DNA from: a virus | Strand: one strand, 5' to 3' | Length of the DNA stretch: 64,000 bases | Virus record (IMG/VR): IMGVR_UViG_3300046167_000733 | Location: 1-64,000 of that record | In this document: piece by piece, positions 6,544 through 15,972 of the stretch | How positions within the stretch are numbered: the stretch's first letter is position 1 | Layout: every line of letters starts with the position of its first letter | Translations under genes and position numbers: made by a program | The notes under the pieces: model-generated | Told to the model about the DNA's origin: nothing | The model's input: the letters and a program-made list of their open reading frames with translations, nothing else | Database searches by the model: none

Positions 6544-8369
6544 ATGAAAAACTGGCACGTACTCGTAACACTCGGACTACTTTTACTAGTGAGAATATCC
6601 GACCCATTTATGTTAGAGAGTGCTAGGTTATCTTGGTTTGATGGATTACAGAGAGACCAAGAACCTACTAAGTCAGAACAGATTGTTCTCGTAGATATAG
6701 ACGAACCTACACTGGAGAAGTTAGGGTCAGTATCCTATACCAAGAGATATCCTAGCAGAATATATTGATGAAGCACCAGAGGCACTTATTGGATTGAATG
6801 TCTTGTTATCAGAAGAAGACAGGTTCGGAGGAGATGCCGCACTCGCATCAGCATTGTCCTGGAAGAATAGTGTCCTTGCTATAACTCCTTCAAGTAAAAC
6901 GAATACAAAATACAGACCACCACAAATTGGTACTGCTACATTCGGAGAGAAGGACGCAACGGACTTCCTACCAGAACTCAACGGAATGTTATTTGCGAGA
7001 GAAGAACTTCACGACGCATCACTAGGATATGGTACAATATCTTCATCACGAGATGTGGACGGAATACTACGACGCGCACCTCTACTTGAATACTTTGACA
7101 ATAGAATATATCCCGCATTCGCATTAGATATACTCAGGGTTGCGGCAGGAGATATCTCATATCAAATCAGTCACAGACGATTATGGTATTCAGTTTGTTA
7201 GGATACCTGCCTTCAAGAACATACCTACAGATATAAACGGCAATGTTCAGATAGCATTCTGGAATCAGTTCGAACGATATTCCTTTACAGATATAGACAA
7301 GATACCCGAAGGAAGTATTGCGATAGTTGGTGCGACCTTTGAGGGAAGTCCTGTTGTAACAACTCCTATCGGTAATATGTATCCACACGATATTCAAGCA
7401 AACCTTATCAAGACGATGATAGATGGTGTTGTCATAACAAGACCAGACGAGTTCTTTATATACGAACTTCTCTTTACACTGGTTGTATCTTTACTACTTC
7501 TCTTTGCTCTTGTCAAGTTATCGATATGGGTATCAGGGGTGGGATTTGTTGCGATATCTGTTCTGTCTGTAATGGGTGCTACATCACTCTTCACTAAATC
7601 GTATCTATTGATTGACCCTGTGTTCCCGTTACTCGCATTACTACTTGTATTCTCACACGGAAGTTTCGTTCAGTTCTATACTCAGTTCAAACTAAAACAA
7701 CAAATCAAAGCACAGTTCGGAACCTACCTAGACCCAAGACAAGTCGAACAACTTCAGAAAAATCCAGACCTATTGAAGTTAGGTGGAGAGAGACGCGAGA
7801 TGTCTTATATGTTTACTGACATTATTGGGTTTACTCCTATATCAGAACACTATAAGAACAACGATGACCCCGAAGGATTATGCGAACTTATAAATGAATA
7901 CCTAGATGAAGTCACTCAAATCGTTTTGAATAATGGTGGTATGATTGACAAGTTCATGGGCGACTGCATAATGGCAGTATTCTCCGCACCTATTGTAATG
8001 GAGAACCACGCAGAGATGGCAGTCAAGTCTGCTATAGAGATAGAACAGAAGACCCTTGAACTCAAGAAGTTATATAAAGAACGAGGACTACCCGATATAA
8101 ATGTTGGGACAGGGGTGAATACTGGAACCGCAATCCTTGGTAACATGGGTAGTAGTACACGATTTGATTACTCTGTAATTGGTGATGCCGTCAATCTTGC
8201 GGCACGATTAGAAGCAACTGCGGGTAGAGGAGACTATAAAGACACTCCAACAATCTATTCATCATATACAAAAGACCTCTTACCCGACACAATAAAGTCT
8301 GTCAAGATAGGCGATATCAAAGTCAAGGGTAAAGAAGAACTCATCGAAATATACTCCCCACAAAAATAA
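6544..8369 (+). CDS. CHASE2-domain, multi-TM class III adenylate cyclase (frameshifts near 6725 and 7169)
   Basis: N-terminal TM, IVLVDIDE CHASE2 start, three TMs, then FTDIIGFT, IDKFMGDCIMA, GVNTG, DYSVIGDAVNLAARLE. Both metal Asp, substrate Lys/Ser and transition-state Asn/Arg are present. Confidence 0.9.
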
Positions 8370-8393
8370 TATCCTTATTATTAAAATAAGTGC

Positions 8394-8422
8394 TTGACTT
8401 TCTCTGTTGTTTGTGATATACT
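8394..8422 (+). promoter_or_regulatory. sigma70-type early promoter
   Basis: TTGACT-17-TATACT with TGn. Confidence 0.8.
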
Positions 8423-8457
8423 GTAAGTATAGTCAATAATAAAGAAAGGAAAATATT

Positions 8458-9420
8458 ATGGCACATGAACTAGAAATCCGAAAAGGTAAAGCACAAATCG
8501 CATATGCAGGGGATGTCCCTTGGCATGGTATGGGCACAAAGGTAGATTCAAATCTAACTCCCGCAGAGATACAAATCGCGGCAGGTCTTGATTGGGATGT
8601 CCAAAAAGAAACGATGACAACATCATCTGGTGTTGAAATCAAAGGAAAGAAAGCACTCGTTCGTTCGGGTGACAACAAAGTCCTTGATGTAGTTGGAGAC
8701 AACTGGAACCCTGTTCAGAATGACGAAGCATTTGAGTTCTTCTCAGAGTTTGTCAATGCAGGTGATATGGAGATGCACACTGCAGGTTCACTGAAAGGTG
8801 GTAAGATGGTTTGGGCACTTGCGAAAGTGAAGGAATCATTTGATGTACTGAAGGGTGACCAAGTTGATTCATATCTCTTGTTCTCAAATCCTCATATGTA
8901 TGGTAAGTCAATTGATGTTAGGTTCACACCTATCCGCGTTGTATGTAACAATACATTATCTCTCTCACTGGAGATGTCATCTGCTAACGCAACTAAGATG
9001 TCACATCGTAAGGTCTTTGACCCAAGTGAAGTAAAAGAGACTATGGGTCTTGCACACGACAAGTTTGAGAAGTTCAGAGAGACTGCTCAGTTCCTTGCGT
9101 CACGTCAGTTCAATAGTGACTCACTTATAAAGTATTACAATGAAGTGTTCCCAAGAACATACAAAGGTAAGACTGAAGTGAAAGTCAAGTCTGTTGAAGA
9201 CCTAACCAACAATGCAAAGAAAGCATATGACCTTCTTGGTACTCAAGCAGGTGCAGAGTTTGGTAAAGGGTCTTGGTGGTCTGCATTCAATAGTGTGACT
9301 TACTTCACTGACCACGAGATGGGTCGTAATGCGGATACTCGTTTATCCTCTGCATGGTTTGGTGCGAACCAGACACGCAAAGTGAAGGCACTGGAGAAAG
9401 CAGTGGAGTTTGCACTGTAA
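8458..9420 (+). CDS. DUF932 / TIGR03299-family phage protein
   Basis: PWHGMG, AGLDWDV, VQN.EAFEFF, TAGSLKGGK.VW, FTPIRVVCNNTL motifs. Confidence 0.88.
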   Translation: MAHELEIRKGKAQIAYAGDVPWHGMGTKVDSNLTPAEIQIAAGLDWDVQKETMTTSSGVEIKGKKALVRSGDNKVLDVVGDNWNPVQNDEAFEFFSEFVNAGDMEMHTAGSLKGGKMVWALAKVKESFDVLKGDQVDSYLLFSNPHMYGKSIDVRFTPIRVVCNNTLSLSLEMSSANATKMSHRKVFDPSEVKETMGLAHDKFEKFRETAQFLASRQFNSDSLIKYYNEVFPRTYKGKTEVKVKSVEDLTNNAKKAYDLLGTQAGAEFGKGSWWSAFNSVTYFTDHEMGRNADTRLSSAWFGANQTRKVKALEKAVEFAL

Positions 9421-10508
9421 TGTTGAAATCAAAAGTAAATACAAATGAAATCACTGACGAACTCAGTAAGGATTTTGATTACGAGTTTGATGGGACAACA
9501 GAGTTTCAACCTCCTGTCATCACATCACTTGATAGAGCAACTTACCTTGATAAGGAGTTCTCTATCGGGTTGATAGTGGGTGCAAGTGGTTCGGGTAAAT
9601 CAAGTCTTCTCAAAGAGTTTGGAAAAGAAGAAACCATTACTTGGAATGGAGACGAAGCAGTTTGTTCTCATTTTGATAATGCAAAAGATGCAAGAGAACG
9701 ACTAAGTGCGGTTGGATTCAATTCAATCCCTGCTTGGATGCGACCTTATCATCTACTCTCTAATGGAGAACGATTTAGGGCAGACCTCGCGCGTCGTTTG
9801 AAAGACAACGCAGTAATAGATGAATACACATCTGTGGTGGATAGAAATGTAGCAAAGAGTTGTTCACACGCAACTCGTAGATACATAGACAAAAAAGGAA
9901 TCAAGAATGTAATCTTTGCAACTTGTCATTATGATATTGTTGAATGGTTACAACCTGATTGGGTCTATGATACTGCTACAGGTCAGTTCACCACAAGGGG
10001 GTCTCTTCGGCAACCCGAAATCAGTTTGGAAATATTACCTTGCACAACAAAGGCGTGGAAGATGTTCCGCGACCATCACTATCTCTCAGGAGACCTCAAC
10101 CAAAGTTCACGGTGTTATCTCGGAATCTGGAACGACATCATTGTGGGATTTAATGCAGTGATAACAAATCCAAGTGGCACTCTCAAACACGCATGGAGAG
10201 AACACAGAACTGTGATACTTCCAGACTTTCAAGGTCTTGGTTTAGGTACTCGTTTCTCTGATGCGATTGGTGAGATTATGTTGGCAGAAGGTAAGAGATA
10301 CTTTTCAAAGACTGCTCACCCAAGATTGGGAGAGTATAGAGAGGTATCACCTAAGTGGAGACCTACGTCACATAACAAAAAGGCAAGAATGGATTACCTA
10401 AACAGACCGAATGATAACAAATACAGTGACACCTTGAGGTCGAAACATAAAAACCGAATATGTTTTGCTCACGAATATATAGGTGAAAAAAATGAATTAT
10501 TTACTTGA
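9420..10508 (+). CDS. ABC-type ATPase fused to a GNAT-fold acetyltransferase
   Basis: Walker A GASGSGKS, signature LSNGE, Walker B VIDE, H-switch ATCH; C-terminal HHYLS and RTVILPDFQGLGLG acetyl-CoA motif. Confidence 0.85.
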   Translation: MLKSKVNTNEITDELSKDFDYEFDGTTEFQPPVITSLDRATYLDKEFSIGLIVGASGSGKSSLLKEFGKEETITWNGDEAVCSHFDNAKDARERLSAVGFNSIPAWMRPYHLLSNGERFRADLARRLKDNAVIDEYTSVVDRNVAKSCSHATRRYIDKKGIKNVIFATCHYDIVEWLQPDWVYDTATGQFTTRGSLRQPEISLEILPCTTKAWKMFRDHHYLSGDLNQSSRCYLGIWNDIIVGFNAVITNPSGTLKHAWREHRTVILPDFQGLGLGTRFSDAIGEIMLAEGKRYFSKTAHPRLGEYREVSPKWRPTSHNKKARMDYLNRPNDNKYSDTLRSKHKNRICFAHEYIGEKNELFT

Positions 10509-10533
10509 CATTCTCTGTAAAGTATGGTACAAG
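10505..10533 (+). promoter_or_regulatory. sigma70-type early promoter
   Basis: TTGACA-17-TACAAG with TGn; same CTTGACATTCTCTG core as the other copies. Confidence 0.7.
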
Positions 10534-10566
10534 TAAGTATAAGATAAATTATGAAAGGAAAAAAAT

Positions 10567-11142
10567 ATGTCTTTTAATATGTTACCAGAAGTAGATTCAA
10601 AGGGTTTGAAGAACTACCCTTGTTTCTCTGGTGAAGGTCGTCACTTGATAGTTGGAGTGGCAGGTGCCTTTGAAAAAAGTTCTAATGAAATGTTCAATAG
10701 CATTTGGCGAATGATTCGTGACAATGAAGTGTTGAACCCTGCGATGACTTCTAGTGGAAGTATGATTGATTCTGTGAATATAGTTTCAGTTGATAGTTCT
10801 GCGACTATGACTGGTTGGAAAAACACTTGCTCAAATGATTTGAATTATCCCATTACTTTTATTGGTGATGTGAACGGAGAGTTTACTCGTAAAATGGGTA
10901 TGAGTACAGTGTTTGCTGATGGTAGTACTAGAAGTTGGTTCTACTTCGCAATGGTCAGTGATGGTTTCTTCGATGTCTGGACTCCTGCTAAAGGATTCCG
11001 TGACGGCACAGAAGTCAACTCGCACTCGCACTCGAACTCAGATGTTATCTACAATGCTTCTAGAAGTTTCCATAACGAAATTCGTGACTTCATTGATGAG
11101 TTGATTGAAGAAGAAGAGTTCAATTCGGTGGCAGGAAAGTAG
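10567..11142 (+). CDS. peroxiredoxin (Prx5/redoxin)-fold protein lacking the peroxidatic Cys
   Basis: GVAGAFEKSS (vs PGAFTPTCS), VSVDS..TM..W, GDVNGEFTRKMGM, RSW.Y..V.DG. Confidence 0.75.
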   Translation: MSFNMLPEVDSKGLKNYPCFSGEGRHLIVGVAGAFEKSSNEMFNSIWRMIRDNEVLNPAMTSSGSMIDSVNIVSVDSSATMTGWKNTCSNDLNYPITFIGDVNGEFTRKMGMSTVFADGSTRSWFYFAMVSDGFFDVWTPAKGFRDGTEVNSHSHSNSDVIYNASRSFHNEIRDFIDELIEEEEFNSVAGK

Positions 11143-11145
11143 TAT

Positions 11146-12288
11146 ATGACACACGTAAACTATGATTGTCCCGAAAAGTTTGTTCCTTATATCAAGGGGT
11201 GTCTTGATGTTCTGGGTCTATGGAAATATCCTGACCTAGAACTGACAGTCGTGATGGAACCTACTATTACAGGTGGGGCACATGGATACTGTTGGGGAGA
11301 TACCGAAGAGGTAGAGATTGAAATTGCTACAGACAAAGTTGCGATGGACGAAGTATGCCTAACGATTGCCCACGAACTCATTCACGCAAAACAATATGCC
11401 TCTGGTGTATTAGAAGATATGAACTGGAAAGGTAAGTGTTATAGGGATACTAAGTATTATACAGAGTTACCTTGGGAAGAAGAAGCATTCAGAAAAGAAG
11501 AAGAAGTGATGCGAAAGGCAATAGAGATTATGACAAGGGAAAATATGATGCAGAAAGTGATAGGACTCATACCCGCAAGATGGGAATCAAGTAGGTTTCC
11601 TGGCAAACCACTAGCAGAGATAGATGGCATACCTATGATACAAAGAGTGTATGAGCAATGTCTAATGGCAAAAAAACTCTATTCAGTAATAGTTGTAACA
11701 GACAATGTTGCTATTCATCAATATTGTAGAGATAACTTTATGGAAGTTGTTATGGTAGATGATGATGTTGAAACAGGTACAGACAGGATTGCTCTCGCAG
11801 TACGAAATATGCATGGAGTAAGATACTCAGATATCTTTATCAATATACAAGGTGATGAACCTGTTATCAATCCTGAAGCAATAGACAAGATGGTTGAAAC
11901 CTTTGACCACGAGATTGGTGTATCGGTTGCGTATAGAGTAATGACTGACTATAGTAAATTGAATGATAGAAACGTAACTAAGGTTGTTATAAATGACAAT
12001 GGTCATGCTATGTTCTTCTCAAGACTTCCTGTATCTAAGTTACAGTCACTAGGGTTGTTTGCTTTTAATGCGAAGACACTACAAAACTTCTCAAGACGAG
12101 ATGAGTCACCCGACACTACCGAGAGTATTGAGATGAGAAGGTTCCTTGAACGAGGGCAACTTGTAAAGATGGTAGAGGTACAAGACGAAGGTCTAGCAGT
12201 TGATATACCAGAAGATATAAAGAAGATTGAAGAGTTTCTTAAATTAAAAAGGTTTATAAAAAAGAAAACACTTGACTTACAAGAGTAA
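11146..12288 (+). CDS. kdsB: N-terminal HExxH zinc-peptidase-like domain fused to a CMP-Kdo synthetase (KdsB-like) domain
   Basis: TIAHELIHAKQY...PWEEEAF, then IPARWESSRFPGKPLA.I.G.PMIQRVYE, TGTDR, INIQGDEP, AMFFSR, VD.PED. Confidence 0.8.
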   Translation: MTHVNYDCPEKFVPYIKGCLDVLGLWKYPDLELTVVMEPTITGGAHGYCWGDTEEVEIEIATDKVAMDEVCLTIAHELIHAKQYASGVLEDMNWKGKCYRDTKYYTELPWEEEAFRKEEEVMRKAIEIMTRENMMQKVIGLIPARWESSRFPGKPLAEIDGIPMIQRVYEQCLMAKKLYSVIVVTDNVAIHQYCRDNFMEVVMVDDDVETGTDRIALAVRNMHGVRYSDIFINIQGDEPVINPEAIDKMVETFDHEIGVSVAYRVMTDYSKLNDRNVTKVVINDNGHAMFFSRLPVSKLQSLGLFAFNAKTLQNFSRRDESPDTTESIEMRRFLERGQLVKMVEVQDEGLAVDIPEDIKKIEEFLKLKRFIKKKTLDLQE

Positions 12289-12300
12289 GTGTGATACACT
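12272..12300 (+). promoter_or_regulatory. sigma70-type promoter
   Basis: TTGACT-17-TACACT with TGn. Confidence 0.7.
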
Positions 12301-12325
12301 AGTAGGTAACAAAGAAAGATAAAAT

Positions 12326-13004
12326 ATGTTTATACACGAATCAGTAAAACTCACAGAGATGGATGCCGTCACAACCGAGAAGGGTCGTAAATATCGTACA
12401 CCCGAAGGTGTTGACTTGCCCTCTATCACAACAGTACTTTCAATCCTGTCAAGAGATAGTATTGCGAAGTGGCGTAAGAGAGTAGGAGCAAAAGAAGCAA
12501 ACCGTATCTCTGGTAAGGCATCGGGTCGTGGTACTCGCGTTCATGAGATTACCGAGAAGTATATTGACAATAACCCTAACTACAAAGAAGGGTACACCCC
12601 TGATATCATTCATTCCGTTCAATGTGATGAAACCAATCCTTGATGGATTTATTGGTAAGGTCTATGCTCAAGAAGCACCTCTGTATTCCAATCACCTTGG
12701 AGTTGCAGGACGAGTTGACTGCGTTGCTGAGTTTGATGGAGTACTATCCATCATCGACTTCAAGACCTCAATGAAACCTAAGAAGAGAGAATGGGTCAAG
12801 AACTACTTTATGCAGGAAGCGGCATATGCCATAATGTGGGAAGAACGTACAGGTCAACCTATCACTCAACTTGTCACTATCATATCAGTAGATGGCAAAG
12901 ACAAACCACAAATCTATGTAGAACATCGTGATAACTGGATAAACACTCTGAGAGACACAATAAAAAAGTATAATGAGGAAAACTCTAGTTCCGTTTTGTT
13001 ATAA
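12326..13004 (+). CDS. PD-(D/E)XK exonuclease (frameshift near 12615)
   Basis: LPSITTVLS, RGTRVHE, AGRVDCV, IIDFKTS, YFMQ.AAYA motifs. Confidence 0.85.
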
Positions 13005-13007
13005 ATA
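13000..13007 (+). promoter_or_regulatory. T4-type late promoter
   Basis: TATAAATA upstream of the 13-20 kb cluster. Confidence 0.7.
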
Positions 13008-13045
13008 GATGTATAATTTAACTTTATTACAAATGGGACTTATTG

Positions 13046-14335
13046 ATGTTTTCTTTTTTAAATTTTTTATCAGAAGAGGTTTCTAAAAAAGATTTTCCTT
13101 CAGAGATTTTTGGTGAACTTTCTGTCGAAAAAAAATCTGAAAATAGTAAGACCGCAATATTCGTTGTTAGGTCAAATGATAGGTTAGATGACCGTGATGA
13201 AATACTACGTAACCTAGACCAAGCAGGAATCAAAGCAGAAGTTCGAAATAAAACAGGACAATCTGTTGACCCAATCTTCATTGATTCTCATTTTGATGTT
13301 AAGGTGATTCTTCTTATAAAACCTAAATCTGGTGGTATGGGTGAAACAACCCTTAATGCATCTATTACTGAATTGTTTCCACTCATAGCATGGGAAAAGA
13401 ACTACAGGATGGGAACTAGTATTGACAAGTTCTATGACTTCTTATTAGAACAAGAACCAACAACCCTTAAATGTGTTCTTGGTAAAGACTCTAAAGCGGC
13501 AGTAGATACTATTCAAAAAGCATCTGAATCTTCTAAGTTCTCAGAGAAAATGTTAAACGCAATGGGTGTTTATAAATATCTAGTCGATGAGAACAAAGGT
13601 AAACCTATCAAGAATGTTTATTGGGGATATCGTGCGAAACCTACAGGTGTTCCAAAGGGACATCCAGGAGATATCTTTTTAGAATTTAGTGATGGAATGC
13701 TAGGAGTATCACTCAAAGCAGGTGGTAAGAAAACAAAAGAACCTAAACTTAATACCTATGTCAACCCTATCTTCACTGCATTCAACAAAGAACGCAACGT
13801 AATTGCATTACGCAGAAAATTACATACCGAAGTGTATTCTAAGATTGAAGGTATGCCTCCATCTGGTTCATATGATAAGTCCAAGAAAAGAGATACCTCA
13901 AAATTACTTATTAAACTGAATAAAGAAGATAAAGCAAGATATGAAAAACTTTATGACCAACACCTAGAGATTTGTAGACAGAGTGTTATTGACTTATTTA
14001 ATCAAAATAAAGAAAATACTCTCGAATATATTCGTTCTGCAATACTTCGTGATGCACCTTCAGTTCCTACAAAGGTTATAAAAGCAGTTGAAGATAATTT
14101 TGAAGAAGTTACAGAAACAGACGAACTAGGTGTGTTCTTACCTCTTGTTAAGTTTGTAAAAGCATATGCATCAAAAAGTTCTAAACAGAATTGGTTTTTA
14201 GAGTTAAAATCTCGTGAACAAACCATTACGATGGCAATGTCAATTAGAACTAATAAGAGTGGTACCGCAGGAAATAAAAAGTTAGGGCAGTTCTTTAATC
14301 TTTCAGTTAAATACAATTCGTTGAGTACCGAGTAA
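13046..14335 (+). CDS. restriction-endonuclease-like (PD...SxK) protein with a capsid-targeting-like N-terminus
   Basis: N-terminus MFSFLNFLSEE; HPGDIFLEFSDGMLGVSLK. Confidence 0.6.
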   Translation: MFSFLNFLSEEVSKKDFPSEIFGELSVEKKSENSKTAIFVVRSNDRLDDRDEILRNLDQAGIKAEVRNKTGQSVDPIFIDSHFDVKVILLIKPKSGGMGETTLNASITELFPLIAWEKNYRMGTSIDKFYDFLLEQEPTTLKCVLGKDSKAAVDTIQKASESSKFSEKMLNAMGVYKYLVDENKGKPIKNVYWGYRAKPTGVPKGHPGDIFLEFSDGMLGVSLKAGGKKTKEPKLNTYVNPIFTAFNKERNVIALRRKLHTEVYSKIEGMPPSGSYDKSKKRDTSKLLIKLNKEDKARYEKLYDQHLEICRQSVIDLFNQNKENTLEYIRSAILRDAPSVPTKVIKAVEDNFEEVTETDELGVFLPLVKFVKAYASKSSKQNWFLELKSREQTITMAMSIRTNKSGTAGNKKLGQFFNLSVKYNSLSTE

Positions 14336-15566
14336 TGGAAAAGTTTTCATCTTTCATAACAGAGAATAAGAATACTCACATGACTCATATTGAGGACAAG
14401 GTTCTCTATGGAGGTGTGAAGGGTACACGAGAAGCAATCAATGCATTGCGTGAACTAAGAGATATGCTCGCAGGAAAGACAGACGCAAAACTCTCGGTCA
14501 AGTGGGATGGTGCTCCTGCAATATTCTGTGGACAAGACCCAAGTGACGGAGTAGTTCTTTGTTGCGAAAGAAAGGTATCTTCAATGCGAACCCTAAAGTC
14601 TATAAGACAGACGAAGAGATTGATGCAGACACTTCGGGTGAACTCGCAAAGAAACTCAAAGAGGCATTGAAGTATCTACCCTGACCTTGGCATCACGGGT
14701 GTGATACAGGGAGACTTCTTGTTTTCAAAAGAAGATGTTACCAAAAAAGAAACTATTGACGGACAAAACTATACAACCTTTCATCCTAACACAATCATAT
14801 ATGCGGTTCCTTATGACCAAGCAAAGACTGTAAGAGATGCAAAGATAGGTGTTCGTATGGCATACAACCTATACAGGAAAAGACTTTGCATCAATGAGAG
14901 CATCATATGGTGTTGATGTGTCTAAGTTTAAAAAGACTAAGAATGTCTGGTCACAGGATGCGATGTTGACTAATGTAGGTGAAGCAACACTCACCGCCAA
15001 AGAGACAGAAGAAGTAAATAAACACTTGACAAATTGCGGTAAGTTGTTTAATAAGATATCGGGTTCTACATTAAGAGAACTCGAAGGTAATCAAATGCTC
15101 GCACAACACATAGAACAATACAACAATACATTCGTAAGAGAGGGTCAACTCTTACCTCCAAGTGCATCTCATGTGAACGGACTTATTAAATGGATAGATA
15201 AGAAGTATAAGGAAAGAAATGGATAAACGTAAAACAGACAAGGGAAAGAAGACCCAACAGGATAAACTAGACATTATTATGAAGTTTTTCTCTACTACAA
15301 ACAAAAAATCGTTAATAAATATGTTCGATTTACAAAAAAGTATTGTATTGGCGAAGTTAAAACTTATAAATAAACTTAATAGTATAGAAAATACTGATGC
15401 ATTTGTTCAGACCAAAAAAGGTTATAAGGTTAGGACAGGGGCAGAGGGTTTCGTTGCTATTGACAAATTAGGTGGTGACGCGGTTAAGTTAGTTGACCGC
15501 ATGGAATTTTCGTATAATAACTTTAGTCCAGATGTACTAAAGGGATGGGACAAACCAAGGAAGTAA
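14335..15566 (+). CDS. DUF6267-like protein with ATP-dependent ligase/nucleotidyltransferase motifs (several apparent indels)
   Basis: MEKFSSFITE start; MTHIED; motif I KWDG, III IQGD, IV EGFV, V VKL spread over four ORF fragments. Confidence 0.75.
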
Positions 15567-15567
15567 A

Positions 15568-15969
15568 ATGAGCAATAAACCTCTAGGATTCAATGCATTC
15601 ACTCAAAGTGAAGACCCCGAAGTTGAAACAGAAGCACTCAACATTCAACAAAGACTTGCACGTAAACGTTCGTTCGCAAAGAACAAGGCAAAGATTGCTT
15701 TGGGTCGTAAACGTGCGGCACGTAAAGTTGCGAGTATGGATGTCCTAAAGAAACGTGCAGTCAAAGCGGCACGAAAGAAAGTTGCTCTCAAACTTACAAA
15801 AGGTATCCCTTCATCAGAACTGAGTATGGCACGTAAGATTGATATAGAAAAGAAACTTGAGTCGAAAAAAGGTAAGATACAAAAGATTGCCAAGAAGTTA
15901 CTACCCGCTATCCGTAAAAAAGAGTTAGCAAAGAAACAGAAGAAGGGCACTAACGAGGACGATAAGTAG
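15568..15969 (+). CDS. Lys/Arg-rich basic protein, probably virion-internal
   Basis: Acidic leader ending VETE, then a highly basic helical body. Confidence 0.65.
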   Translation: MSNKPLGFNAFTQSEDPEVETEALNIQQRLARKRSFAKNKAKIALGRKRAARKVASMDVLKKRAVKAARKKVALKLTKGIPSSELSMARKIDIEKKLESKKGKIQKIAKKLLPAIRKKELAKKQKKGTNEDDK

Positions 15970-15972
15970 ATA

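Noticed and set aside
5413-8369. Pseudogenised FecR and cyclase genes
   Set aside because: Catalytic motifs are intact, and the same single-base insertions hit essential genes across the window, so assembly error is more likely.
13571-15372. Intragenic TATAAATA matches at 13571 and 15365
   Set aside because: They lie inside coding sequence of an AT-rich genome and cannot be told from chance, although 15365 might serve the gene at 15568.
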